A stretch of 64,000 nt of DNA from an uncultured Acidimicrobiaceae bacterium (GCA_963761425.1 CAVXGQ010000005.1:316760-380759); one strand, 5' to 3'. Counted from the first letter of the stretch, positions 1 through 10,691 are shown. Program-made: numbers and translations. Notes: a model not told the origin generated them from the letters alone.

Positions 1-1005
1 GACGCCCTCCTCGCCGGCACCACCACCATCATCGACCACCACGCCTCGCCGAATCTCATCGACGGTTCGCTCGACCTCGTCGCTGAGGCCCTCGGGGAAA
101 TCGGGGTCCGCTCGGTTTTGTGCTACGAGGTCACCGACCGGGACGGCCTGGAGCGGGCGGTCGCCGGCCTCGAGGAAAACCGGCGCTTCCTCGGCCGTCC
201 GCGTCTTCTCGCCCGGGGCATGGTCGGCGCCCACGCCTCATTCACCTTGTCCGACGAGACCCTGGGAGCCTGTGCGGAGCTGGCGGCCGATGCCGGCGTG
301 GGGGTGCACATCCACGTGGCCGAGGACCAGGTGGACGAGCAGGTCTGCCTGGGGCGCCACGCCCAACGGGTAGCGGACCGGCTCGCCGGTGCCGGCCTTC
401 TCAACGATCAGGCCCTCCTCGCCCACTGCGTGCACGTCGACGAGGCCGAGACCCGGCTCATCGAGTCGGCCGGGGCGACGGTGGTGTGCAACCCCCGCAG
501 CAACATGAACAACGGCGTGGGCCATTCCCCGTTCACCTGGCGCCCCGGGCCGGTGGTGTTGGGGACCGACGGGATCGGCGGGGACATGCTCGCCGAGTCG
601 CAGGCCGGGTTCTTTCGGGCCAAGGAGGCCGACCTCGCCACGCAGCCGGAGTGGCCTCTCGTCCGTCTGGCGGAAGGCGCCCGCCTGGCGGGCCGGATCT
701 ACGACGAGCCCCTCCTCGGCACCCTGCGACCCGGCGCGCCGGCCGATCTCTGTGTTCTCGCCTACGACCCGCCGACGCCACTCGGTGGCGACAATCTCGC
801 CGGGCACTGGGTGTTCGGCCTGACGGCCGGGAAGGTGCGCGACGTCTACGTGGCCGGGGAGCTGGTGATCGCCGAGGGACGGTCGACCCAGGTCGACGAG
901 GCCGAAGTCGCCGCCCGCGAGGTGCCGATCACCCGGGAGTTGTGGAGGCGCCTCGAGGCGACGCCGGCGCACACCTACGATCCGCGAAGGAGAAACGAGA
1001 AATGA
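1..1005 (+). CDS. ssnA: SsnA-like amidohydrolase (5'-truncated by window edge)
   Basis: Frame open from base 1 ([18 protein letters not shown]); [20 protein letters not shown] and LGTDG metal-site motifs; DHHASP is typical of SsnA. Confidence 0.8.
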   Translation, partial: DALLAGTTTIIDHHASPNLIDGSLDLVAEALGEIGVRSVLCYEVTDRDGLERAVAGLEENRRFLGRPRLLARGMVGAHASFTLSDETLGACAELAADAGVGVHIHVAEDQVDEQVCLGRHAQRVADRLAGAGLLNDQALLAHCVHVDEAETRLIESAGATVVCNPRSNMNNGVGHSPFTWRPGPVVLGTDGIGGDMLAESQAGFFRAKEADLATQPEWPLVRLAEGARLAGRIYDEPLLGTLRPGAPADLCVLAYDPPTPLGGDNLAGHWVFGLTAGKVRDVYVAGELVIAEGRSTQVDEAEVAAREVPITRELWRRLEATPAHTYDPRRRNEK

Positions 1006-1991
1006 GAGCTGCCCTCTACCTGCAGGACCTGCACCCGATCCGCGACGGCATGGCCTACGCGCGCTACGCCGAGGAACACGGCTTTGAGGCGGTCTGGCAG
1101 GCGGAGAGCCGCCTGGTGCGGGAGGCGACGGTGCCGATGGCGGCCTACGCCGCGGTCACCAGCCGCATCAAGGTGGCTTCGGGGGTCATCCCGATCTGGA
1201 CCCGCAACGTCGGGCTGCTCGCCGCGACCTTCTCCACCCTCGACGAGCTCGCCCCGGGGCGGGTGATCCTGGGACTGGGGGCCTGGTGGGAACCGCTGGC
1301 GGCCAAGGTGGGGGTCGACCGCCGCCGACCGCTCACCGCGATGCGCGAGGTGGTCGAGGCGACCCGGAAGCTCCTCGCCATGGAGCGGGTCACCTATCAC
1401 GGCGAGTTCGTGCACCTCGACGACGTGGAGATCGACATCGTGCACGGCGACCGCTCTCCGAAGCACGTGCCGATCTACGTCGGCGCCACCGGCATGCAGA
1501 TGATGGAGGTCGCCGCCGAGGTCGCTGACGGCGTGGTGCTCAACTACATGGTGAGCCCCGACTACAACCGGCAGGCCATGGAGCATCTCGCCATCGGTGC
1601 TGCCCGCGCCGGGCGGGTGCTCGCCGACCTCGACCGGCCCCAGCTGGTGGTGTGCTCGCTCGACCGGGACCGCCAGCTCGCCCTGGACCGCTCGCGTGAG
1701 CTCCTCACCCAATACCTCGGCCAACAGCCCCACATCATGAAGGCAAGCGGGGTCGACCCGGAGCTCATCGAGGCGATCGGCAAGGTCCTCACCTGGCCGG
1801 CGGGACCCGAGGAGATCCATCGGGCGATGCGGCTGGTGCCCGACGACGCGGTCCAGATGATCACCGCCTCCGGCACCCCGGAGGAGTGCCGGGCCAAGGT
1901 CGACGAATACCTGGCCGCCGGGGCCACCTGCCCGATCCTGTATCCGCTGGGCAGCGACGTGCGGCTGATGATCGACACCTTCGGCTCTTAG
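1002..1991 (+). CDS. LLM-class (luciferase-like, Mer-type) flavin/F420-dependent oxidoreductase
   Basis: ATG at 1002 overlaps the upstream stop; [31 protein letters not shown] and VPIYVGA are LLM motifs. Confidence 0.85.
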   Translation: MRAALYLQDLHPIRDGMAYARYAEEHGFEAVWQAESRLVREATVPMAAYAAVTSRIKVASGVIPIWTRNVGLLAATFSTLDELAPGRVILGLGAWWEPLAAKVGVDRRRPLTAMREVVEATRKLLAMERVTYHGEFVHLDDVEIDIVHGDRSPKHVPIYVGATGMQMMEVAAEVADGVVLNYMVSPDYNRQAMEHLAIGAARAGRVLADLDRPQLVVCSLDRDRQLALDRSRELLTQYLGQQPHIMKASGVDPELIEAIGKVLTWPAGPEEIHRAMRLVPDDAVQMITASGTPEECRAKVDEYLAAGATCPILYPLGSDVRLMIDTFGS

Positions 1992-2020
1992 GGAGATCGG
2001 ACAGAGGAGGGAGCCACCAG

Positions 2021-2971
2021 ATGAGGAGCTTTGCCGGACGGGACATCCTGTCGCTCAAGGACTTCGAACGTGACGAGTACTTCGAGGTCTTCCGGGTGGC
2101 CGAGGAGCTGAAGCCCTACGCCGAACGGCGGGAGAACGGCGACCTGCTCTCCTCGAAGACCCTGCTCACCGCCTTCTACCAGCCGAGCACGCGAACCCGG
2201 TTGGCCACCGAGGCGGCGATGCACCGGCTGGGCGGGCACGTGCTCGGGTTCTCGGACGCCAAGATGACCCGCGCCGGCGACTTCTACCAGGAGAGCATCA
2301 AGGACACCGTGCACATGCTGGAGTACTACGGCGACGTCATCGCCATGCGCCACTTCGAGCGGGGTGCACCGGAGGAGGCGGCGCGGTGGGCCTCGGTGCC
2401 GGTCATCAACTGCGGCGACGGCTGGGGCGAGCACCCCACCCAGGTGCTCACCGACCTCTACACCATCTGGAAGGACAAGGGCACCCTCGACGGGCTGAAC
2501 CTGCTCTGCGTGGGGGACATGCGGATGCGCACCATGCACTCCCTCCTCTACGCCATGACCCAGTTCGACATGACCGCCTCGCTGGTGCACCCCCCGGAGA
2601 TGTCGCTGCTGCCCGAGTTCTCGGCCGAGCTCACCTCCCGGGGCGTCCGCTACCGGGAGGTCGAAAGCGTCGAGGGGTGCCTCGCCGAGGCGGACGTCAT
2701 CTACATGGAGCCGGTGGTGCAGGCCGACTACACGAAGTCCCGGGAAGAGGTGGGAAAGCACGGGAGAACCCCTGCCGCCTACCGGGTGACCAAGGAGCTC
2801 ATGGCGACCAAGGCGAAGTCCGACGCCATCATCCTGCACTCGCTGCCGAGGATGGACGAACTGCCCGCCGAGGTCGACAGCACCCACCACGCCCGCTACT
2901 GGTTCGAGGCCTTCAACGGCGTGGTGATGCGCATGGCGCTCTTGGCGCTGGTGCTCGGGGCCGTGGAGTAG
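2021..2971 (+). CDS. Aspartate-carbamoyltransferase-like transcarbamylase
   Basis: RBS GAGGAGG upstream; PSTRTR, HPTQ and HSLPR motifs. Confidence 0.85.
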   Translation: MRSFAGRDILSLKDFERDEYFEVFRVAEELKPYAERRENGDLLSSKTLLTAFYQPSTRTRLATEAAMHRLGGHVLGFSDAKMTRAGDFYQESIKDTVHMLEYYGDVIAMRHFERGAPEEAARWASVPVINCGDGWGEHPTQVLTDLYTIWKDKGTLDGLNLLCVGDMRMRTMHSLLYAMTQFDMTASLVHPPEMSLLPEFSAELTSRGVRYREVESVEGCLAEADVIYMEPVVQADYTKSREEVGKHGRTPAAYRVTKELMATKAKSDAIILHSLPRMDELPAEVDSTHHARYWFEAFNGVVMRMALLALVLGAVE

Positions 2972-2998
2972 GGCGAAAGACGACGAGGGAGAGGGACC

Positions 2999-3976
2999 AT
3001 GCAGACACACCTCCGGGGTCGCGACGTCATCGACTTCTCCGAGTGGACCAAGGACGAGATCGACACCGTGCTCGAGGTGGCGTTGGAGCTAAAGCGCGAT
3101 CGCGCCCTCGGTCGGGCGCATCCGCTGCTGCGGGACAAGGTCCTCGCCATGTTGTTCTTCTTCCCGAGCACCCGGACCCGGGCCTCGTTCGAGGCCGGAA
3201 TGGCGCAGCTCGGGGGACACGCCCAGTTCATCGAGTCCCGCACCACCCAGATCGCCCACGGTGACACCGCCAAGGAGATCGGTGAGATCCTCGGGCGCTA
3301 CAACGACGGGATCGCCATCCGCCACGTCGACTGGCTGGTGGGCAACACCTACCTGCGAGAAGTCGCCGAGGCGAGCCGGGTCCCGGTGCTCAACATGCAG
3401 TGCGACGTCTTCCACCCGCACCAGGCGCTGGCCGATCTCATGACCATCATCGAGCGCTTCGGCGACCCGCGGGGACGCACCGCCACGATCAGCTGGGCCT
3501 GTGCCGCCAGCTACCAGAAGCCGATCAGCGTCCCGCAGAGCCTGGCGCTCCTGCTGCCGCGCTATGGCCTCAACGTGCGCCTCGTCCACCCGCCGGAGTT
3601 CGAGCTTTCGCCGGAGGTGGTCGACCAGGCCCGGGAGGAGGCCGGCCGGGCCCACGTCTCGTTCGAGGTGTCCCACGACTTCGAGGAGGGGATCCGGGGA
3701 ACCGACGTCATCTACGCCAAGAGCTGGGGGGCGCTGCGAACGACGACGGACGAGGCCGAAGGGGCCAAGCTGATCGCCCGCTACGCCGACTGGATCACCG
3801 ACGCCCGCCGGGTGGCGCTCGCCAACGAGGACGCGATCTACATGCACCCCTTGCCGGCGGACCGAGGAGTGGAGGTCACCGACGAGGTGATCGACGGAGG
3901 GCACTCCGTCGTCTACGACCAGGCCGAGAATCGCCTGCACGGCCAGAAGGCCGTCATGGCGCTCACGATGGGCTAG
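2999..3976 (+). CDS. YgeW-like ornithine-carbamoyltransferase-family protein
   Basis: PSTRTR, HPHQ and MHPLPAD motifs; the SWACAASYQKPISVPQ loop and YAKSW resemble E. coli YgeW as I recall it (WAYSPSYGKPLSVPQ, YPKSW). Confidence 0.8.
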   Translation: MQTHLRGRDVIDFSEWTKDEIDTVLEVALELKRDRALGRAHPLLRDKVLAMLFFFPSTRTRASFEAGMAQLGGHAQFIESRTTQIAHGDTAKEIGEILGRYNDGIAIRHVDWLVGNTYLREVAEASRVPVLNMQCDVFHPHQALADLMTIIERFGDPRGRTATISWACAASYQKPISVPQSLALLLPRYGLNVRLVHPPEFELSPEVVDQAREEAGRAHVSFEVSHDFEEGIRGTDVIYAKSWGALRTTTDEAEGAKLIARYADWITDARRVALANEDAIYMHPLPADRGVEVTDEVIDGGHSVVYDQAENRLHGQKAVMALTMG

Positions 3977-3987
3977 TCGTCCGGGCG

Positions 3988-4938
3988 ATGGACGGCCGAC
4001 TGGTCGTGGTGGCGATCGGCGGGAACTCGCTGATCAAGGACCGGATGCACCAAGAGGTGCGGGACCAGTACATCGCGGCCCACGAGACCTCCGAGCACGT
4101 GGCGGCGATGGTCGCCGACGGCTGGGACGTGGTGATCGGCCACGGCAACGGCCCCCAGGTGGGCTTCATCCTGCGGCGTTCGGAGCTCGCCGCCCACGAG
4201 CTGCACGAGGTGCCGCTCGACGCCTGCGGGGCGGACTCCCAGGGGGCGATCGGCTACGCCCTGGCCCAGAACCTGCAGAACGTGCTGCGGCGGCGCGGCC
4301 TTCTTCGGCCGGTGGTGGCGGTCGTGACCCAGGTGGAGGTGGCGGCGGACGATCCCGCCTTCTCCCACCCCAGCAAGCCGATCGGCTCGTTCATGGACGA
4401 GGGCGAGGCGCGTCGGCGACGGGCCCAGGACGGCTGGGAGGTGGCGGAGGACGCCCACCGGGGTTGGCGCCGCGTGGTGGCCTCTCCCCGGCCGCGGCGG
4501 ATCGTGGAGCTCGAGGCGATCCGGACGCTCGTGGCGGCGGGGGTGATCGTGATCGGGGTCGGAGGCGGGGGGATCCCGGTGGTCGGCGACGCCGAGGGCG
4601 ACCTGCGGGGGGTGGAGGCGGTGATCGACAAGGATCTCGGGTGCTCGCTTCTCGCCCGGGACCTCGGGGCCGACCTCTTTTTGATCTCCACCGCGGTGGA
4701 GAAGGTGGCGCTCTACTTCGGCACCCCCGCCCAGCGCTGGGTGGACCATCTCACCCTCGACGAGGCCCGCCGGTATCTCGCCGAGGGCGTGCACTTCGCA
4801 GCGGGTTCCATGGCGCCGAAGGTCGAGGCGATCATCGAGTACCTCGAGCACGGGGGGAGCCACGCCATCGTCACCGACCCGCCGAACCTCGCCCGGGCGC
4901 TCGCCGGGCAAACGGGGACCCACTTCACCGTGGACTAG
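3988..4938 (+). CDS. arcC: Carbamate kinase
   Basis: VAIGGNSL, HGNGPQVG, KPIG, GWRRVVASP, GGGGIPV, EAVIDKD and GSMAPKVEA motifs. Confidence 0.95.
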   Translation: MDGRLVVVAIGGNSLIKDRMHQEVRDQYIAAHETSEHVAAMVADGWDVVIGHGNGPQVGFILRRSELAAHELHEVPLDACGADSQGAIGYALAQNLQNVLRRRGLLRPVVAVVTQVEVAADDPAFSHPSKPIGSFMDEGEARRRRAQDGWEVAEDAHRGWRRVVASPRPRRIVELEAIRTLVAAGVIVIGVGGGGIPVVGDAEGDLRGVEAVIDKDLGCSLLARDLGADLFLISTAVEKVALYFGTPAQRWVDHLTLDEARRYLAEGVHFAAGSMAPKVEAIIEYLEHGGSHAIVTDPPNLARALAGQTGTHFTVD

Positions 4939-5399
4939 AACCCTTTTGGTAATGCCCTGACGTCTGTGCTGGCCACGGGAGAATGTTTCTGTCGCTCGTG
5001 AGCTCGGTGTCTCGCGCGCGACCGCCTCGCAATGGTCAGCGGCCTTTCGGCAAGGTGGGCTCGAGGTCCTCGCCGGCGCCGGGCGTGCCGGGCGCCGGCC
5101 CCTGCTGACCGTTCGACAGCTTGCAGACGTCGAAGGGCGCTCGCAAGAACGGCTTGCCGACCGAGCTCTGGACGCTCGCCCGCGTTGCGAACGTGATCGA
5201 GACGACGACTGGCGTCTCGTATTCGACGACCCAGACGTGGTGGATCTCCCACGAGCACCTCGGGTGGTCGCGCCAGCGACCGGCGAGCAGGAGCTTCGAG
5301 CGCGACGAGGAGGCGGCCTTACTCGCGGCCGGTGGGTCGTCGGCGCGGACGTCAACCTCGGGCCCGTCCGCCCTTGTACGCCGGGGCACTCTCGCTTAG
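4936..5399 (+). mobile_element. Degenerate IS630-family remnant
   Basis: ORF 5121-5399 encodes WTLARVANVIETTTGVSYS...LGWSRQRP...ERDEEA (winged HTH of IS630 transposases); terminus-like sequence starts at the CTAG of the arcC stop; no DDE domain. Confidence 0.7.
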
Positions 5400-5545
5400 C
5401 GTTCACCAGTAGCTGGCGTCCTCTCCGCTCGATTGGTCAGCACGGACGAGTGAGATGTACTGAGGGTCGAAATGGGGCTCAACGGGCCAAATTCGCTCGC
5501 CTTCGGTCTCGTTCCCCTTGTTTCTCTAAGCCTCCCGGCTCGCTG

Positions 5546-6673
5546 ATGGCGAGGTCGGCGTGGGGCGAATCGGGAGACGAAGGAGACCTGCATCGCGCAC
5601 GAGTGCTTGCCGCACTGAGCCACGAGACCCCGGACCGCTGCCCATGGCAATCCACCTTCACCCCCGAGTTCGCCGAACGTCTGCGGGCTGATCTGCACCT
5701 CGGTGCGGCCGCCAGCGCACACAACCCGCACGGCGGCGGCAATCCGTATGACCTCGAGATGGCCCTCGACCAGGACGTTCTCATCACCTCGGTGGGCTGG
5801 GCGAACTCCTACTACGGGGAGGGCACTGAGTACGTCGACGAGTGGGGCGTCGGCTGGGTGTCGATGCCCTACACCACGCCCTTTGGCGTGGGTCACTACA
5901 CCGAGCCGCGCGTGCATCCGCTCGCCGACGCCGACGATGTCGCGCGCTACCGGCCACCTGACCCTGGCCGGCCGGAGCTCTACACGGACTCCGAACGGCT
6001 CATCGCCGAGCAAGGAGCCCGGTACTGGATCGTGGGATCCACCGTCACCACGATCTTCGAGACGGCCTGGGCGTTGCGCGGCCTCGAGCAGCTGCTCACC
6101 GACTTCATCGAAGACCCCGATCTTGCCGAGGCCATCCTCGACATCCCTTACCGCTACCATCTCGCCGCCGCCGAGACGCTCGTGCGAATGGGGGTGGACA
6201 TGATCTGGCTCGGTGACGACGTCGGGCACCAGCAAGGCATGCTCATTTCACCCCGCCACTGGCGGCGCTTCTTCAAGCCGCGGATGGCGCACATCATCGA
6301 GCGCCTGAAGGCCATCAACCCGGGTGTGAAGGTCGCCTACCACACCGACGGCTGCGTCTACGCGATCATTCCGGAGCTGATCGAGATCGGGCTCGACGTG
6401 CTCAACCCGATCCAGCCCGCCGCGATGGACCCTTCTCGGCTGAAGCGTGAGTACGGGAGCGAGCTGTGTTTCTGGGGATCGATGGATGAGCAGTACACGC
6501 TGCCGTTCGGCACTCCCGACCAAGTCCGCCAGGAGGTGCTCAGCCGGATCGCCACCCTCGGCGCCGGCGGTGGGCTAATCCTGGCGCCGACCCACCACCT
6601 GCAGCTCGATACGCCCCTCGAGAACTTCTGGGCCATGGTCGAGGCGGTCACCGGCCGTGCCCGCGTGCCCTGA
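5546..6673 (+). CDS. Uroporphyrinogen-decarboxylase-fold protein (methyltransferase-cluster type)
   Basis: RARVLAALSHETPDRCP, DEWG, AWALRG, GDDVG, YHTDG, LNPIQP and APTH motifs; start uncertain (ATG 5546, or CTG 5588 after GAAGGAG). Confidence 0.85.
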   Translation: MARSAWGESGDEGDLHRARVLAALSHETPDRCPWQSTFTPEFAERLRADLHLGAAASAHNPHGGGNPYDLEMALDQDVLITSVGWANSYYGEGTEYVDEWGVGWVSMPYTTPFGVGHYTEPRVHPLADADDVARYRPPDPGRPELYTDSERLIAEQGARYWIVGSTVTTIFETAWALRGLEQLLTDFIEDPDLAEAILDIPYRYHLAAAETLVRMGVDMIWLGDDVGHQQGMLISPRHWRRFFKPRMAHIIERLKAINPGVKVAYHTDGCVYAIIPELIEIGLDVLNPIQPAAMDPSRLKREYGSELCFWGSMDEQYTLPFGTPDQVRQEVLSRIATLGAGGGLILAPTHHLQLDTPLENFWAMVEAVTGRARVP

Positions 6674-6689
6674 GCCGGCCGGACGATCA

Positions 6690-8657
6690 GTGGACGGCGT
6701 CCGGCGAAAGGATTCCCAGAGCACGACGACGGCTGCGGCTGACCCCAGCACCGCGTCCCTCGTGCGGGTCGAGGTTCAGCCGATCGGCCGGCGGGTCGAA
6801 GTGAGTCGCGGTGCAACCGTGCTCGAGGCGGTTCGGGCTGGCGGCTTGGAGCTCGTCGCGGTCTGCGGTGGCCTTGGGCTGTGCGGTACCTGCCGGGTGA
6901 AGGTCGCCAACGGCGCATTTACGCCGCCGACCGGGCAGGAGCGCGAGCAACTGAGCCCGGCCGAGCTCTCCGGGGGGATTCGCCTGGCCTGCCAGGCTGC
7001 GGTGATGGCGGACGGGCGCGTCGAGGTTCCGCCCGAGTCGCTGACTACGCCGCAGCGTCTCCAGTTCGAGGGCTACGCGACGAACGTGGCGGTATTCGAC
7101 CCCGCGGTGGTCGCGCTCGACGTCGAGGTCCCGCCGCCGGCGCTCGACGATCTGCGGGGCGACGCGACTCGCCTGCGTGACGCGGTCACCGCGGCCGGTC
7201 AGCCGGTGAGGCAGACCAGTCTCTCGGTATTGACCTCGGCACCCCTCACCCTGCGCGCCCGCAACTGGGCGGTACGGGTGGCGGTGCACCGCGGTGCCGC
7301 CGGTGACATCGCTGGCGAGATCGTCGCCCTCCTCCCCGAGGGCAAAGTGCCGCTCGGCGCGGCAATCGATGTCGGCACTACGAAGCTGGCGGCCTACCTC
7401 GTCGATCTCGAGACCGGCGAGACGGTGGCCCAGGGCGCCGCCCCGAACCCACAGATTGCGATCGGCGAGGACGTCATGAGCCGAATCGCGTATGCCGACG
7501 CAGACGAGTCAGGCGCCCGGGATCTGCATGAGCGGCTGGTCGACGGCATCAACCAGCTGCTCGGTGAGTTGCGAGGCCAGATCGACGCGCCCGCGGGGCA
7601 GCTCGTCGAGGCGGTCGCGGTCGGCAACACGGCGATGCACCACGCCTTGGTCAATCTGCCGCTCCGCCAGCTCGGCCTGGCTCCGTACGTGCCGGCCGTG
7701 ACCGAGGCGCTCGAGCTGCGCAGCAGCGACCTCGGTCTCGACCTGGCGCCAGGCGCACGGACCTACCTCCCGCCGAACATCGCGGGCTTCGTCGGGGCGG
7801 ATCACACGGCCGTGCTGCTCGCAAGCGGTGCCGCCGAGACCACGCGCACGGTTCTGGTGCTCGACATCGGCACGAACACCGAGATCAGCGTGGCACGTGG
7901 CGGTCGTCTGTGGAGCTGCTCGTGCGCCTCGGGCCCCGCGTTCGAGGGCGCCCACATCCGCGACGTCATGCGGGCGGCAGAAGGAGCGATCGAGCGCGTG
8001 GAATACCTAGATGGCAGGTTCCAGGTCCATACCATCGGTGAGGGACCGCCGGTGGGGATCTGCGGCTCGGGCATCCTCGACGCGGTCGTCGCCACGCTCA
8101 AGGCAGGGATCGTGGACGGGCGCGGCGGCTTTTGCCGGACGCACCCGCTGGTCACCCGGTCCTCGGAGGGGCCAGCGTGCATCCTGGTCCCGGCCGCGCT
8201 CGCGGGGCACGGCCGCGACATTTTGCTCACCCGCACCGACATTGGCGAGATCCAGCTTGCCAAGGCCGCCATTCGGGCCGGCATCGAGTTGCTCTTCAGA
8301 GCGGCTGGCATTGAAGCCGACGCGCTCGATGAGATCATCATTGCCGGGGCTTTCGGCACCTATCTCAGTATCGCCAGCGCCATCGCGGTCGGCATGCTGC
8401 CCCGGCTGCCCCCGGAGCGCTATCGCCAGGTGGGTAACGCGGCCGGCCAGGGGGCCCGGCAACTGCTGGTCTCCCGGCAGTGGCGGGAGAAGGCGGACGA
8501 CATCGCGCGCCGGGTGCGCTATGTCGAGCTGACTACGCATCCGGACTTTGCCGATACCTTCACCGAAGAGTTGGCCTTCGGCCGGCGCCCGGAGGATTTC
8601 GAACCCGGAAAGATCCACGCGGGATCCGATGACCTACGAGAAGGAGGTGAGCCGTGA
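6690..8657 (+). CDS. ASKHA-type reductive activator of corrinoid proteins (RACo/DUF4445) with N-terminal 2Fe-2S domain
   Basis: CGGLGLCGTC...RLACQ, IDVGTT, GEDVMSRI, GFVGAD, DIGTNTE, GPAFEG, GICGSG and AGAFG motifs; start approximate. Confidence 0.9.
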   Translation: MDGVRRKDSQSTTTAAADPSTASLVRVEVQPIGRRVEVSRGATVLEAVRAGGLELVAVCGGLGLCGTCRVKVANGAFTPPTGQEREQLSPAELSGGIRLACQAAVMADGRVEVPPESLTTPQRLQFEGYATNVAVFDPAVVALDVEVPPPALDDLRGDATRLRDAVTAAGQPVRQTSLSVLTSAPLTLRARNWAVRVAVHRGAAGDIAGEIVALLPEGKVPLGAAIDVGTTKLAAYLVDLETGETVAQGAAPNPQIAIGEDVMSRIAYADADESGARDLHERLVDGINQLLGELRGQIDAPAGQLVEAVAVGNTAMHHALVNLPLRQLGLAPYVPAVTEALELRSSDLGLDLAPGARTYLPPNIAGFVGADHTAVLLASGAAETTRTVLVLDIGTNTEISVARGGRLWSCSCASGPAFEGAHIRDVMRAAEGAIERVEYLDGRFQVHTIGEGPPVGICGSGILDAVVATLKAGIVDGRGGFCRTHPLVTRSSEGPACILVPAALAGHGRDILLTRTDIGEIQLAKAAIRAGIELLFRAAGIEADALDEIIIAGAFGTYLSIASAIAVGMLPRLPPERYRQVGNAAGQGARQLLVSRQWREKADDIARRVRYVELTTHPDFADTFTEELAFGRRPEDFEPGKIHAGSDDLREGGEP

Positions 8658-9322
8658 CGGTCCTCGAGGAACTCCGCCAAGCGGTGATTGACGGCCAGGC
8701 GAAGCTCGCAGTCGCGAAGGCTGCCCAGGGTCTCGAGGAGGGAGTCTCCGCCGAGACCCTGCTGCAGGACGGGCTCATTGCGGCGATGAAGGAGGTGGGC
8801 CGCTTGTTCGAGGAGGGGGAGATCTTCGTACCCGAGATGCTGGTCGCCGCACGCGCGATGAAGGACACCGTGGCGCTGCTGAAGCCACTGATCGTCGACC
8901 ACGAGGCTCAGTCGAGCGGGACCGTCGCCATCGGCACGGTGCAGGGCGACCTGCACGATATCGGCAAGAACCTTGTGGCGATGATGCTCGAGGGTTCCGG
9001 CTTCGAAGTCGTCGACCTCGGCACCGACGTCCCGCCCGAACGCTTCGTCGACGCCATCCGGGAAGGGGCCGACGTCGTGGCGATGTCAGCGCTGCTCACG
9101 ACCACGATGACCAGCATGCAAGCCGTTGTCGAGGCGATCAGGCTCGCCGGTCTGCGCGACCGGGTTCGCATCGTCGTCGGCGGCGCGCCGATCACGGCCG
9201 CCTACGCAGGCGAGATCGGAGCTGACGGCTACGCGCCCGACGCTTCGAAGGCGGTGCGAAAGGTTGACGAGGTGTTGACCGATGCCCTGGGCGGCAGAGG
9301 AAGGCCCGATGGAGCGGTATGA
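8654..9322 (+). CDS. Corrinoid (B12-binding) protein, MtaC/MtbC type
   Basis: FVPEML cap domain; GTVQGDLHDIGKNLV (DxHxxG), SALLTTTM and GGAP motifs. Confidence 0.92.
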   Translation: MTVLEELRQAVIDGQAKLAVAKAAQGLEEGVSAETLLQDGLIAAMKEVGRLFEEGEIFVPEMLVAARAMKDTVALLKPLIVDHEAQSSGTVAIGTVQGDLHDIGKNLVAMMLEGSGFEVVDLGTDVPPERFVDAIREGADVVAMSALLTTTMTSMQAVVEAIRLAGLRDRVRIVVGGAPITAAYAGEIGADGYAPDASKAVRKVDEVLTDALGGRGRPDGAV

Positions 9323-10691
9323 CCAGCTCAGCATCTCGCACCCCGACGATCTCGTGTTCGGCCGCTGCCCGCGTCCGTTGTGCGTCGGGGGTCTCGCCAT
9401 CGGCGGAGGGGTCGTCTTTCCGGAGCTGAACTTCACCCTGCCGCCGATGGTGATCAACGAAGAGACGATGCCTCAGGTTCGTGACGAGTACCGGCAGATG
9501 ACCGAAGAGGCGTGTGCCCGGGCTGTCGCCCTCCAGGTACCCGGCCTGGTCGTCGAGCTGGAGCTACTGCCCGAGCTGACCCGCCGGCCGGAATGGGGCG
9601 CGGAGATCACGGCGACCCTGCGTGAGTGTCTCGACGCCCACGGATCGAGTCACGGGCTCAAAAGCGCGCTGCGCGTCACCCCGAACGACGTGCGTGACTT
9701 CCTGCGACCTCCCCTGATGCGCACGGGCAAGGAATGGGAGGAGATGGTGCGCAGCTTCGATCTGTGTGCGCTGGCCGGTGCGGACATGCTCTCGATTGAA
9801 TCCACCGGGGGCAAGGAGATCCACGACGATGCACTGCTCAACGGGGACCTGCCGGGGGCGCTGTTCGCCCTCGGTGTCCTGGCGTCTCGCGATATGGCAT
9901 TTCTCTGGGACATGGTCGTCGGTGTGGCCGAGCAGCGGCGGGTGATCGCGGCGGGCGACTCGGCGTGTGGCTTCGGTAACACCGCGATGGTCCTTGCTGA
10001 GGGCGGATTCATCCCCCGCGTCTGGGCGGCGGTGATCCGGGTGATGACCGTCGCGCGTAGCCTCGTCGCCTATGAGCGCGGCGCCACTGGCCCGAGCAAG
10101 GACTGCGCGTACGAAGGGCCGTTCCTCAAGGCGATCACGGGCTACCCGATCGCCATGGAGGGCGCCGAGGCCGCCTGCGCGCACCTGTCTCCGGTCGGCA
10201 ACATCGCCAAGGCGGCCGCCGACTTGTGGAGCAACGAGTCGGTGCAAAACGTCAAGCTCCTCGGCGGCATGGCGCCCACCGTCTCGATGGAGCAGCTCGC
10301 CTACGCCACCAGGCTGATGAACGTGGCGAGCGCGCACGGAAAGGCCGTCGAGCTGCGCGACTGGTTCGTCGAGTCCGATGCAGGACTGGACCCGCAGGCC
10401 TACGTCTTAAGGCCCGATGTCGTGGTCGAGTTGGCGGCGGCGATCATCGCCGAACCGACGCCCTATCTGCGCACCCGGCGCGCCGCGCTGGCGGCATTGG
10501 AGGCGCTGCGCGGCGCTGCCAGCGACGGCGCCTTCACCCTGTCGCCCGCCGAGCAGCGCTGGTTGATGCGCCTGTCGGCGCAGGCCGAAGAACTACCCGA
10601 ACAGGAGGATCTCTTCATCGAAGAGATGGCGAGCCACATCGATAGGCAGAAGGTACGCCTCGATCAGTACGACCTTGAGGAGATTACGTGA
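9309..10691 (+). CDS. mtaB: MtaB-family methanol:corrinoid methyltransferase
   Basis: DDLVFG...IGGGVVFPELNF, SIESTGGKE, GDSACG, GPSKDCAYE, AACAH and DLWSNESV motifs; the putative Zn ligands Glu/Cys/Cys are retained. Confidence 0.85.
   Translation: MERYDQLSISHPDDLVFGRCPRPLCVGGLAIGGGVVFPELNFTLPPMVINEETMPQVRDEYRQMTEEACARAVALQVPGLVVELELLPELTRRPEWGAEITATLRECLDAHGSSHGLKSALRVTPNDVRDFLRPPLMRTGKEWEEMVRSFDLCALAGADMLSIESTGGKEIHDDALLNGDLPGALFALGVLASRDMAFLWDMVVGVAEQRRVIAAGDSACGFGNTAMVLAEGGFIPRVWAAVIRVMTVARSLVAYERGATGPSKDCAYEGPFLKAITGYPIAMEGAEAACAHLSPVGNIAKAAADLWSNESVQNVKLLGGMAPTVSMEQLAYATRLMNVASAHGKAVELRDWFVESDAGLDPQAYVLRPDVVVELAAAIIAEPTPYLRTRRAALAALEALRGAASDGAFTLSPAEQRWLMRLSAQAEELPEQEDLFIEEMASHIDRQKVRLDQYDLEEIT

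Noticed and set aside
5400-5545. Cobalamin riboswitch ahead of the corrinoid cassette
   Set aside because: No B12-box or GGGAA/GCCACTG core is visible
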